A DNA stretch of 64,000 nucleotides from the human T2T-CHM13v2.0 reference genome, Homo sapiens, in NCBI RefSeq assembly GCF_009914755.1, contig NC_060936.1. One strand, given 5' to 3'. The first letter of the stretch is position 1, and every line of letters starts with the position of its first letter. The notes under the pieces are model-generated. The model worked only from the letters and a program-made list of their open reading frames with translations, did not search any database and was not told where the DNA came from. A program made the translations under genes and the position numbers. This document shows, in pieces, positions 18,110 through 37,471 of the stretch.

Positions 18110-18360
18110 GGGCAGGTGCAGTGGTTCAAACCTGTTATCCCAGCAGTTTGGGAGGCCCAGGCAGGAGGACTGCTTGAGCCTAGGAGTTCAAGACCGCCTG
18201 AGCAACATAGGGAGGCCCCATTTCTACAAATAATGTTTAAAAATTAGCTGGGTGTGGCAGTGTGCACCTGTGGTCTCAGCTACTCAGGAAGAAGCAGAAG
18301 GATTGCCTGAGCCTGGAAGATCAAGGCTGCAGTGAAAAAACAAACAAACAAACAAAACAA
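18110..18360 (+). mobile_element. Alu (AluJ-like, partial)
   Basis: Diverged Alu lacking the 3' end of the right arm. Confidence 0.8.
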
Positions 18361-18609
18361 AGGTAGGTTTAACTACAAATTGATCTATGTTATATTTAGT
18401 TAAAAGGGAAAAAGGTATTTTTATATACAGCTCTAACAATTATTTTAAATCTTAAATGATTGTTACATTTCTTCTTAAATGACTGCTACTGCAATAGACT
18501 ATTATCCCAGAAAACCATTTGTGAAATACATTATTGTTAGCAATGTGCTCATTTCCTTGTCAACAGAAATGTCATTCTTTTTTCTTTTAATTTTATTGTG
18601 CTTTTTTGG

Positions 18610-18918
<309 letters not shown>

Positions 18919-19559
18919 GAAGTGTCATTCTTTTAAACTGCTCCTAAAGTCACATGATTAGAAGTTTTGGCTCAGAATCAGAAATAAAAATGTAACTTTT
19001 TTCTAATAGTGGATGATGATGATAATGATAGTGGTGGCAATGATGATGAAAATAATAGCTCCTACAGATTTATTTTATTGACACATTTTTATCTCCTATA
19101 TAAACTGTTCATTTTGGCAAATGTGCCATATTATTCAGAGTGACCTGTCCAGCACTTACCTGAAGGTTATGGTTATAATTTGTTGTATAGACAGTGTGCT
19201 CTCAAAATCAGCTGTATCTTTTTTGATTACTCACACGTTCCTGAATTTCTTATAGGCATGAGGTTAAGAGACAATTATAATGAATGGAGTTTTACTGGAA
19301 ACTTTACTATTATGTTAAATTAATAATCCCACAATTCCTGGTCTATTACTCACATGAGGATAGCTATCAAATTATTTACAATATGATTGTGTATTTTGAA
19401 ATATAATAACTGTACTGAACAAAGACAATCATGTTCCTAGAAAATGGATTGTTAGGCATTTTAAACTGATGCTCATTAGGGACAATTTACTTGCTGAATA
19501 GCAATCATTTTTTCTTTAAGAGAAACCACCTTGGGTTTTAATGTATACACCCTTAAAAC

Positions 19560-20870
19560 CATTATCAAAGCATAATTTATATACCCTAAAATTTACTCAT
19601 TTCGAGTATAAATTGTATGAGTTTTAGTAAATGTACAGAGTTCTGCAACTACCACCAGAATAAAGTTTTAGAACACTTTAATCACCCCCCAACATTCCCT
19701 TACGCCCCTTTCCAGTCATCCCCCACCCCCAGCTGCAAGGCAAGCACTTACCTCCTCTCTGTTACACTTTTGCCTTTCACAGAATTTCAAATTCATATTT
19801 TATATGTCTTTTGTGTCTGATTTCTTTTACTTACCGTGATGTTTTTGAGATTCATTCACATTTTTCTGAATATCAGTAGTTTCGGCTTTATTTGCTGACC
19901 TGTATTCTGCTGAACGTTACATGCCACATGTTGTTTATACATTCACCAGTTGATGGCTATTTAAGTTGTTTCTGTTGTTTGGTTATTATAAATAATGCTG
20001 CTAAGAACATTTGTGTACAATGCCTTGGGTGGACATATTATTTTCATTTCTCTGAAGTAAGCATCTAAGAGTGTGTAATTGCTGGGTCATGTGGTAGATA
20101 TATGTTTTTGTGTTTAAGACACTGCCAAACTGTTTTCCAGTGGCTACATCACTTTGCATTTCTACCAGCTATGTATCAGAGTTCCAGTTATACCATCTAA
20201 TCACTGACACTTGGCATTTCAAGTCCTTTTAAGGTAGTCTAGAAGATGTGTAGTAGTATCTCATTGTGGTTTTAATTTGCATTCCCCAATAACCAATGAG
20301 GTTGAGCATCTTTTTGTTAAGTGCCTATACAAATCTTTTGCCTGTTTTTAAAAATTGAGCTGTTTATATTATTACTGAGTTATGAAAGTTCTTAATTAGA
20401 TCTGGATACAAGTGCTTTGTCAGATAAATATTTTGCCCATATTTTCTCCCAAGCTGGAGCTTGTCTTTTCATTTTCTTAGCGATTTTAAACAAGCAAAAG
20501 ATTTTAATTTTTCTGAAGTTCATTTATTAATTATTTCATGAATGGCTTATGCTTTTTGCGACTTATCCTAAGGTCACAAAGGTTTTTCTCCTATGCATTG
20601 TTCTGGAATACACACGTTTTTACCCTTACATTTAGGACAATGATCCATTTTGAATTAATTTTGGTGTATAATGTGAAGAAAGATTCAAAGTTTATTTCCT
20701 TTCCATGTGGATATCCAGTTATTCCAACACTACTTCTGGAAAAGACCATTCTTTTCCCATTTAATTTATCTGGCCCCTTTACCAAAAATCAATTGACCAC
20801 ATAAGTGTGAATTTATTTCTGGATTCTCAGTTCTGTTCCATTCATCTATATGTCTATCTTTATGAAACCT
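19560..20870 (-). mobile_element. Old L1 (L1M) 3' region
   Basis: Antisense L1M motifs, e.g. tctcattgtggttttaatttgcatt and tgatccattttgaattaatttt. Confidence 0.75.
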
Positions 20871-21314
20871 TTCATTTTTAATCCTTTGGAAGAGGGTAAT
20901 ATTTAGAGAAAAATATATATGTTCAATGCTGTCCACTGAAGCTTATCATTTATCAAAATTTAAATATGATAATAGGCAAACAAGGACAATTACTGGTTCT
21001 TTAAAATGTATTTTTACCACACAGTTTAAAATAAAATGGTAATTAAATCATTTTGGATATTTTACTGAATCTAGAAAAAACTAGAAAAGAAAATCCTATT
21101 GTTTAAGGAAATAAGCCACTGCTAATAACTGCTGCATTGATTATATTCATCATGAAGAACAATTTGCAAATTTAAGAGGTATATAAACATTATTATGAGA
21201 CAATGAAAGCATAGCAAGAACACACCTAGTTTCTTTAAACTGGTTCAGGTCTTTTCAGCCACCAGTGAATTACATTCTTGCGTATAAAACATAATACTAT
21301 GATGTAACCATAAG

Positions 21315-21701
21315 CATGGTTTGACTGTCCCCTCCAAAACTCATGTGGAATCCCCAACTGACAGTATTGAGAAGTGGGTCCTGTAACAGGTGATTGGATC
21401 ATGAGGGCTCTACACTAATGAATAGATTATTCCATTCATGGATTAATGGATTAAAGTGTTATCATGGGAGAGAAACTGGTGCCTTCATATGAACAAGAAG
21501 AGAGACCTGAGCTAGCACTCTCAGCCTCTCGCCATGTGATTCCCTGCACCATCTCACGACTCTGCTGAGTCCCCACCAGTAAGAAGGCTCTCACCAGATA
21601 CATCCCCTTAGCCTCCATAACCATAATAAATATATTCCTTTTCTTTATAAATTACCCAGTTTCATGTATTCTGTTATAAGCAACAGAAAACGAACTAATA
21701 C
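21315..21701 (+). mobile_element. MST-type MaLR LTR
   Basis: tggtttgactgtcccctccaaaactcatg ... ataagcaacagaaaacgaactaataca. Confidence 0.75.
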
Positions 21702-22146
21702 ACCATAGAACTATCATCAGTAATTTTGAGAAGTGGAGAACACAAGAGTTGCCAGAAGACTGAAGATGCACAGATGTTTCCATTTTCAAAACATAAAAAA
21801 TGAATTCCAGAAACTAAATGCTAATAAGCATGATATTGAAAGCTGGCAAAATTATAGAACAGATGAAGCATATAGTTTATCAACATCTTTTCAAGTCATC
21901 AGTAGAAGATAAAATTGTTTCTTCATCAAACTAAATTACTTAAATTATATACCTGAAAATGGCTAACAAAATGCTGAATTATTGTAAGTATCCAGTAAAT
22001 ATATTTTTAAAAAACAAACCAACCTCAAACCTGTCTCTGGCAAATTCTGTAACAAAGAAAGAAAATGAAGTCAAAAACAGAGAAAACTACACAAAATTAT
22101 GTTTTAAATATTATGCATAATTCTACAGTTAAAAATAGAAAATTTT

Positions 22147-22804
<658 letters not shown>

Positions 22805-22849
22805 TCAAAATTGATAGCTCCTTCTCTGTATGTGGCAGCACTGGTGACA

Positions 22850-23800
22850 CAAAGTATAAACTAGAAAATACCCAAGTGGAAGTTAAATATATGAATTTAG
22901 AGTCCAGAGAAGAAGTCAGGGCTGGAATTTGGGAATAGTCAATGCATTTGTGGTATTTAAATCCATCACATCAGAAAAGACCACCACGGAAGAGAATATG
23001 GACAGAGGAGATAAGCCAAGGACTGAGTCCTGGAACAACCAGGAATTTATTCATTAAAAGAGAATGAGGAAGCAGCACTTTGGGAGGCCGAGGCAGGCAG
23101 ATCACCTGAGGTCAGGAGTTTGAGACCAACCTGGCCAACATGGCGAAACCCCATCTCTACTAAAAATAAAACATTAGCTGGGCGTGGTGCCAGCGCCTGT
23201 AGTCCCAGCTGCTCGGGAGGCTGAGGCAAGAGAATAGCTTGAACCCTCGAGGTAGAGATTGCAGTAAGCTGAGATCGCGCCACTATACTCCAGCCTGGGC
23301 GACAGAGCAGTACTCTGTCTGAAAAAAAAAAAAGAGAGAGAGAATGAGGAAGTACAGCCAGTGAGGTGAGGGGAAAGAGACATGGGATAAAGTAGATCCT
23401 GAAAGCTAAATGAAGCAAATGTTTGAAAAGGAGGAAATGATTGACTGCAGCAAATGCTGCTGAGTAGTCAGGTAAGATGAGGACTGAGAACTGAAGCAAA
23501 GTGGGGATTGGACAAGAGCATATTTTGTCCCTAATTGACAAAAGCCTAATTGGAGTTAGTTCAAGATAGAATGAGAAAGGATAAAAGAGAGACAAACAGT
23601 ACTTTGAAGAGTTCTTGTATAGAGAGGAGTAGGAAAATATTGCTGAAGCTGAAAGGGAATGTAAGTTCAAGGAAATTTTGGTTGTTGTTGTTAGGATGAC
23701 AAATTTTATAACACGTTGTATGCTGGGAAAAATAATTCCATAGAAAGAGAAAAATTGATGATGTAGAAGAGAGGAAACAATTTCAGGAGAAATATTCTTG
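22850..23800 (-). mobile_element. L2 fragment interrupted by a 5'-truncated Alu
   Basis: L2-like purine-rich motifs such as caaatgctgctgagtagtcaggtaagatgaggactgagaa. Confidence 0.55.
23073..23333 (+). mobile_element. 5'-truncated Alu with TSD agagaatgaggaag
   Basis: Starts at cagcactttggg. TSD present on both sides. Confidence 0.9.
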
Positions 23801-23916
23801 AATGGTTTAGAGGCATCACAAGTGGAATATCTGGTGTGAGATGCAGCCTACACAACTCGCCCATGCAAGGCAGTGTATGTAGGACCCCATACTGTTAGAC
23901 CAATAGATTTAGGAGG

Positions 23917-24340
23917 TGTTGCAGGTTAGTTTTCCCAGAAGGCAGACACTAAGACAGAGTGAGGAGCCTAAAATGTTTACTGGGGAGTGACTCCTGTAAA
24001 TGGAAAAGGCATGAGTCAGCTGGAGCCATCAGACAACAATGTAGACTTCTATGATGCTGTCCTAACAGTCTCTGCCGGTCCAGCTCCAAAGTCAAGATTG
24101 CCTGTTAGAGGAGTCCCACCTTGGATCCTTGGATGGAAATGAACAGACCCTTGCACATTGCCTTGCTCAGTTGTTGGCTGAAGGCCACAAAAGAAGCCTA
24201 TGGCGTCAGTTTGAAAGCAGAAGGGAACCCTGAAGGGATTAATTGCTGGAAGCTAGCAGCTAAGCACAATCCTTGCAAATAGACAACTAGCCTTTTATTG
24301 AAGGGAGAGCTGAGTGGGCACATCTTCATGTCTGACACAG
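23917..24340. mobile_element. Old MLT1-type LTR
   Basis: Diverged MaLR-like motifs (ttcccagaaggcagacactaagacag). Confidence 0.45.
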
Positions 24341-24388
24341 AATAGGAAGATGTAGAAATTCTCTTTTGTTTACTTTCATCTTCACAGT

Positions 24389-24793
24389 TGCATTAGGCCA
24401 TTCTTGCATTGCTATAAAGAAATACCCGAGGTTGGGTAATTTATAAAGAAAAGAGGTTTAGTTGGTTCCTGGTTCTGCAGGCTGTACAGGAAGCATAGCA
24501 ACGTCTGCTTCTAAAGAGACTTCAGGAAGCTTACAATCAAGACAAAAGGTGAACAGGGAGCAGGCATGTCATATGGTGAAAGCAGGAGCAAGGGGTGCGG
24601 TGGTGTGCCAAATACTTTTAAACAATCAGATCTCATGCACTAATGCATGGACAGCACCAAGTGGATGGTGCTAAACCATTCATGAGAAAACCATCTCCAT
24701 ACTCCAATCACCTCCCATCAGGCCCTGCCTCCAATTTTGGGGATTACATTTCAGCATGACATTTGGACAGGGATACATATCCAAACTATATCA
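24389..24793 (-). mobile_element. MSTA-like MaLR LTR
   Basis: ttaggccattcttgcattgctataaagaaatacccgag ... ccaaactatatca. Confidence 0.8.
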
Positions 24794-26190
24794 ACAGTGA
24801 AGTAATAAGCAAAGTCATCAGCTTGAATGAGTTGAGGGGAGAAAGAGTGTTGGAGGTTTCTAGCAAGAGGAGAAAACATGAAGCAGCTGACTTGAAGACT
24901 GCAAGAGTGAATACAGAGAGATTATTAGGCAGCCCTGATAATTTATTTAGTAGTGTTTAAATTTAAAGCAATATCAACAGAAGAAAGATCAGCAAAAGAA
25001 GAAAGAATTATAGAAAGAACTGAAGAAGACTTTTGGTTTTTAAAATATTGCTAGCAATTAGTCAACAAAAACAGACTACATGTAAGGAAGCAAGAACCAT
25101 GCTGGTCTCGTATTTTATTCAAGAAGCAACAAAACGTACTCTTAAAATATAAAACATAAAACATATAAAAGTTGTGCATCAGAAGATTCTTAGCCCTAAG
25201 AAATAGAAAACCCAATATAAATAGTATAGACAATAAGGCAGATTTATTATTTCACATAAGAATTTCTAATTTGGCTCTGAGATTGGTTAATTTAGTGGCT
25301 CAAAGACCTAGGTTTCTTCCATTTTTCTGCTTTGCCAGGCTCAGGAGATCAGCTTATTCTGAGTTACTCATCCCCTTGTTCATGAGTCGGTCCTACAGTT
25401 CCAGGCATTACAAGCAGACATGACAATATCGAGCAGAATAAGAAAGAAGATCTCACTGGCTAGAGTTGTGTCACATGCCCATTCCAAAGCCAATCACTAT
25501 TAACGGGAAAGCAATTGATTTAAAGCACGTCGGGGTAGAGAAGGGTGGACTGGCCAAACAAAATCAGAATTTTCTTAATAAGAAAAAAGGAGAAATGGCT
25601 GCTGGGTAGGCAATCAACAGTACTTCTATGAGAGGAAGAACATATTGTAACTTGTAAATTTAAAAATCCAGCAAAACTATCATTTTTTTATTGAGGGTAC
25701 AATCCTCAGAAATAAACATACTTAGAAAATATACCACCCATATATCTTTCTTGAAAATATTATAGATAACTGAGAGAAGAATAAGACAACTCATAAAGAA
25801 GTCATGTTATGAAACAACTGATAGTGATCAACGAATTCAATAACACAAGTTAAATCTGATTGTTTTAATTGTTTTTAAGAAGAATACCTGCAAATTACAT
25901 TAAAAACTAAATACTTAAATGACATTTAAGCTAGGATCTGAAAATTAAAAATTATTTAGACAGGTAAAGAGTTGAGAGAAGAGCATGCCAGACAGAAGGA
26001 ATGATGTGAGCATTTCCTTAAGGCTGGAGCGGAAATAAGCATAACATAGATTAGGAAGGTGTCAGATCACACCGAGCCTTGTGTGCCATGTTAGGGATTT
26101 GGAATTTTATTTTAAGCAGACTGAACATTGCTAGTGTTTTAAGTATAGTAGTCACATATCTCATTCTATTTTAAGAAGATCATACTGGTT

Positions 26191-27110
<920 letters not shown>

Positions 27111-27444
27111 TGGTTTCTCTTTAAAAAGACTGATGAGAGCAAGGCAAGGGTGGAAGTTAGGAAGCTACTGAAGGTGAGAAATTATGTTGTTCATACTGAG
27201 CAGGAGTGTGAAAACGAAAAGATATTGATAAATTGGAAATACATGTAGAGATATGCAATAAGACAAGCTGAAGGATTGCAGATGTATGAGGATGAGTTGA
27301 GGGAAATGGTAGAATCAAAAGAAGCCAAGCTTTTGGCTGTGTGGGTGGTAGTGCCACTTACTAAAAAGGTAAGGACCAAAAGATTAACAGGTTGCAGCTG
27401 GGGAAAGGATATGGGAGAAGGGCACCAAGAACTCTAATTTGAGT

Positions 27445-27542
27445 TAATGTAAGTTAAGATGAGGTCATTAGGTTGGACCCTAATCCAATATGACTCATGT
27501 CCCTATAAAAGGGAAATCTGGACACAGACAGACAGACAGACA

Positions 27543-27593
<51 letters not shown>

Positions 27594-27848
27594 GGAGAGA
27601 GAGAGAGCCATGTGAAGATACAGGTAGAGATCAGAATTGTGCTACCACAAACTAAGGAAGGCCTGGGGTTACCAGAACCTGCAGGCGTTAAGGAATGATC
27701 TTCTGCTAGAAAATTCAGAGAGAGCATAGCCCAGCCAACATCTTGATCTCAGACCTATAGCATCCAGAATACTGAGGCAATCCATTTATTTTGTTTTAAG
27801 CTACCAAGTTTATGGTACTTTGTTATAGAAGCCCTAGGAAACTAACAC
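27445..27848 (+). mobile_element. MLT1B/C-like MaLR LTR fragment
   Basis: gttaagatgaggtcattaggttggaccctaatccaatatgact ... gccctaggaaactaaca. Confidence 0.75.
27525..27590 (+). repeat. Compound microsatellite (CAGA)5(CA)23
   Basis: Directly visible. Confidence 0.95.
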
Positions 27849-28945
27849 ATCAGGTTAAATTACACATGGTCAAATTATAAAATTATGATAAATGTATTAT
27901 ATGGCCAAATGATGAAATCCATCTCCTTCCATATATCCTGAATTCTCTTGCCTTTATCTTGGATAAATAATAAAACTTCATTCCAAGATGGCCAAATAGG
28001 AACAGCTCCAGTCTACAGCTCCCAGCGCGAGCGATGCAGAAGACGGGTGATTTCTGCATTTCCAGCTGAGGTACCAGGTTCATCTCACTGGGGGTTGTTG
28101 GACAGTGGGTGAAGCCCACGGAGTGTGAGCTGAAGCAGGGCGGGGCATCGTCTCACCCGGGAAGCACAAGGGGTCGGGGAATTCCCTTTCCTAGCCAAGG
28201 GAAGCCATGACAGACAGTACCTGGAAAATCGGGACACTCCCACCCTAACACTGTGCTTTTCCAACGGTCTTAGCAAATGGCACACCAGGAGATTATATCC
28301 CGCATGCCTGGCTCGGAGGGTCCCATGCCCATGGAGCCTCGCTCACTGCTAGCACAGCAGTCTGAGATCGAACTGCAAGGTGGCAGCGAGGCTGGGGGAG
28401 GGGCATCCACCATTGCTGGGTGGAGCCCACCGCAGCTCAAGGAGGCCTGCCTGCCTCTGTAGACTCCACCTCTGGAGGCAGGGCATAGCTGAACAAAAGG
28501 CAGCAGAAACTTCTAAAGACTTAAATGTCCCTGTCTGACAGCTTTGAAGAGAGTAGTGGTTCTCCCAGAATGGAGTTTGAGATCTGAGAACGGACAGACT
28601 GCCTCCTCAAGTGGGTCCCTGACCCCTGAGTAGCCTAACTGCGAGACACCTCCCAGTAGGGGCCGACTGACACCTCACACAGCCAGGTGCCCCTCTGAGA
28701 TGAAGCTTCCAGAGAAAGGATCAGGCAGGAACATTTGCCGTTCTGCAATATTTGCGGTTCTGCAGCCTCTGCTGGTGATACCCAGGAAACAGGGTCTGGA
28801 GTGGACCTCCAGCAAACTCCAACAGACCTGCAGCTGAGGGGCCTGACTGTTAGAAGGAAAACTAACAAACAGAAAGGACATCCACACCAAAACCCCATCT
28901 GCACGTCACCATCATCAAAGACCAAAGGTAGATAAAACCACAATG

Positions 28946-29971
28946 ATGGGGAGAAAACAGAGCAGAAAAGCTGAAAATTCTAAAAATCAGAGCAACTCTT
29001 CTCCTCCAAAGGAACGCAGCTCCTCACCAGCAACGGAACAAAGCTGGACGGAGAATGACTTTGACGAGTTGAGAGAAGAAGGCTTCAGACAATCAGTAAT
29101 AACAAACTTCTCTGAGCTAAAGGAGGATGTTCGAACCCATCGCAAAGAAGCTAAAAACCTTGAAAAAAGATTAGACAAATGGCTAACTAGAATAAACAGC
29201 ATAGAGAAGATGTTAAATGACCTGATGGAGCTGAAAACCATGGCACGAGAACTACATGATGCATGCACAAGCTTCAGTAGCCAATTCGATCAAGTGGAAG
29301 AAAGGGTATCAGTGATTGAAGATCAAATGAATGAAATGAAGCGAGAAGAGAAGTTTAGAGAAAAAAGATTAAAAAGAAACGAACAAAGCCTCCAAGAAAT
29401 ATGGGACTATGTGAAAAGACCAAATCTACATCTGATTGGTGTACCTGAAAGTGACGGGGAGAATGGAACCAAGTTGGAAAACACTCTGCAGGATATCATC
29501 CAGGAGAACTTCCCCAACCTAGCAAGGCAGGCCAACATTCAAATTCAGGAAATACTGAGAATGCCACAAAGATACTCCTCGAGAAGAGCAACTCCAAGAC
29601 ACATAATTGTCAGATTCACCAAAGTTGAAATGAAGTAAAAAATGTTAATGGCAACCAGAGAGAAAGGTCGGGTTACCCACAAAGGGAAGCCAATCAGACT
29701 AACAGCGGATCTCTCGGCAGAAACTCTACAAGCCAGAAGAGAGTGGGGGCCAATATTCAACATTCTTAAAGAAAAGAATTTTCAACCCAGAATTTCATAT
29801 CCAGCCAAACTAAGCTTCATAAGTGAAAGAGAAATAAAATCCTTTACAGACAAACAAATGCTGAGAGATTTTGCCACCACCAGACTTCCCTTACAAGAGC
29901 TCCTGAAGGAAGCACTAAACATGGAAGGGAACAACCGGTACCAGCCACTGCAAAAACATGCCAAATTGTAA
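28946..29971 (+). pseudogene. L1 ORF1p remnant (single in-frame stop at 29636-29638)
   Basis: ORF-track 231-aa and 109-aa segments lie in the same frame and match L1 ORF1p. Confidence 0.93.
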
Positions 29972-30029
29972 AGACCACCAATGCTGAAACTGCAGCAACT
30001 AACGAGCAAAATAACCAGCTAACATCATA

Positions 30030-33824
<3,795 letters not shown>

Positions 33825-34156
33825 ACAATAAGAACACTTGGACACAGGGAACATCACACACCAGGGCCTGTCGTGGGGTGAGGGGAGGGGGGAGGGATAG
33901 CATTAGGAGATATACCTAATGTAAATGACGAGTTAATGGGTGCAGCACACCAACATGGCACATGAATATCTATGTAACAAACCTGCACGTTGTGCACATG
34001 TACCCTAGAACTTAAAGTATAATTAAAAACAAACAAACAAACAAAAAAACTCATTAAATCCAGTTTTCAGACCTCTCCATGACTATACCTGCACAGTGAA
34101 ACCTGTACAGAGCAAAACACAAAACTATGTTGATTGGTGTCACTTACAACACATGA

Positions 34157-34525
<369 letters not shown>

Positions 34526-35429
34526 TAATGACCTCACTACCTATTTCAACGAGAAAACACAAAACCTCATAAAAATATTTACAAAGGTTCCCATGACCAC
34601 ATAAGCCTACCTATCTGCATTTGTCCCCATATTCTCTGCCAACCAGCCTTTCCACTTTTGGACTATATACAATCCCCTCTTGCCTACTCAAGGACATTGC
34701 TCCAAAAATGTATCTTTTCCCCTCCATCATAAAAGTATACCTCTCTACTAGATCATTCTCATTCGCTACTATTTCTTACTCATTAAAAAAATAAAATAAA
34801 ATAACAAACCAACATTCTTTTGATCCCACTTTCAGTCACAACCCTATCTCTTTCCTTTCTTTCCCAAAATGACATTTACTCATTTGACATGACAGTTCCA
34901 GTTTATGCTTCATTATTAATTAATTAAATCATCATTCAATTATTAATGGTGGCCTTTTCAAATGTGTTTTAGTTTGGATTGTAAATATATGGATAGCTTA
35001 TCTTTTAATATAGAACTCATTCTCTCCCATTTCTCACCTTGTTTTCTCTCTTGAGCCCCACTGCAAACAGGTCTTCCCCCAATATTCCATTGAAACTGCT
35101 GTTTTCAAGGTCATCAACCATGTCCACGTTGTTAAATCTAATTGTCAATTCTCATTCCTCACCTTTTTGACCTTTCAATATCATTTGACATAGCCAATCA
35201 TTCCTTCCATCTTTAAATAACTTTTTTGCTTGGTTTTAAAGGCACCATACTCTCCTGATTCTCCTTTTGTTACTCAGGAGAAACCGTATCTTTGCTCTAG
35301 CTGGTAGGAGGAAAGAAATAATAAGTAAAAATGGGTCCCTCCCTTTAAGGAAACTTCCCAGAAGCAGTACATACCTCTTCTGCTTGGTCATATGGCCACC
35401 CTTAGCTGCAAAAGAGTCTTGGAATTGCA

Positions 35430-35595
35430 TTTTATACATATATTTTTAAAAATACAAATTTATTTATACACACATATATATGTTATACATAAATTGTATT
35501 TATATATACATATATGTAATATATATATATATATATACACACACACGTACCTATACATGTGATATATATATATGTATATATACACACATACATAT
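35430..35595. repeat. (TA)n/(TACA)n low-complexity repeat
   Basis: Directly visible. Confidence 0.85.
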
Positions 35596-35696
35596 TTTTC
35601 CCCTGGGCAATCAGATAATCATGGGAGATTCTATTATGGGAGAAGGGGAGAAAGAATATTTGAAAACAACTAGCACAGTAATTTTCAAGTTTTCTA

Positions 35697-36054
<358 letters not shown>

Positions 36055-36262
36055 TTAAAAATATAATTGAATAATAGTAAAAGGAGATGAGAAAGTTAAA
36101 GAATAACAAAAATGCTTAAGTCTAAAATTATTATACAGGTTTCTCTTGGGCTCTTTTCTTCAGTGAAATTTAGAAGTATTAAATGTGTATGAAGTGTATT
36201 GGGTCATATTTTTAGTAAATGTGATATAGTTAGTAGCTATAACACTGTATATATAAAGAGCT

Positions 36263-36702
36263 TATAAACCGAAAAGTATCCGAGACAGGTTTCAATCAAT
36301 TTAGAAGTTTATTTTGCCAAGGTTAAGGACATGCACCCAGGAGACAGGTCTGTGTATCTCTCAAAAGATGATTTTCAGGGCTTCAATATTTAAAGGGGAA
36401 AAGCAGGCTGGAGGGGAAGGAGGGAGGGTATGGTTACACTACTGAATCCACATGTAGCAAGAGAAAAGGGGCAGGTAGGGAAATAGTCAATTATGTATTC
36501 ATCTCAGGCTCGGTAAATCAGGATTTTACATAAGATAAGGTGAACATAGAGTAGCCACCTGTGGAGATAATTTAACTTTTTATCTGTAGCTGTCTGCTTA
36601 GGAACAGAAGGAAAGGCAGCTTCTTGCACTACTCAGTTTTCAGCTTATTTTTTCCTTTTGGTATAGTGAATCAAGGTCCTGAGTTTTTATTTTCCTTTCA
36701 CA
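36263..36702 (-). mobile_element. MER4A-like ERV1 solo LTR
   Basis: gagacaggtttcaatcaatttagaagtttattttgccaaggttaaggaca ... ttttcctttcaca. Confidence 0.75.
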
Positions 36703-37471
36703 ACCTCATAAAATTGAGAGGCATCACGCCAAGGTCCCAATACATAAATTGGCAAAGAGCAAAAACAAATAATATATAAACTATAGCACACTTAATTAAA
36801 TATCATCTTTATCCTTCCTGGTAATCATAAGAAGTAAATTAAGAGAGCAAGATATAGAGTTATCTATCAATTTTACCATAAAAAAGTATTTATTTGCTTT
36901 GCTATTAATTCTGATATTCACCACTGGTAAGTGTGCTTCTGAGAATATACATTTTGTCAACACTTAGAAAAGCAATTTTTACCTTAGGAAATTAATGTCC
37001 TTGGTATCTACTTTTGGGAATGCAGTTAATCTAGTTTTGGGAATCTATCCTACAAAAATAATCCAACATGTAGACAATCTTTTGGCACAAAGATGTTCAT
37101 TACAGAGTTATTTCCAATAGAGAAACATTGGGAAAACCCCAAATGATGAATAATAGAGCAACTGATAATAAATGTTAGTCTATCTATTCAATGAAATATC
37201 ATGCTATAATTAAAATTATATTTATAAGGAACTCATAATCACAAGGGGAAATGTTCATGATATATTATTAAGGAGAAAAATTATTTCATGATTACATAAA
37301 TATAAATGCCAAGCAATTGTATAATTAGCAAATAAAAGAATGACGAGTAACATTAACCAAAAAAATACTGATAAAATATATTTAAAAGCTATTTTAGAAT
37401 TAAATAGACAATCCAAGTGATTGCACTAAAAAACACCCTGAACCCAAAATAAAACCAAAAGTACAAGGAGG

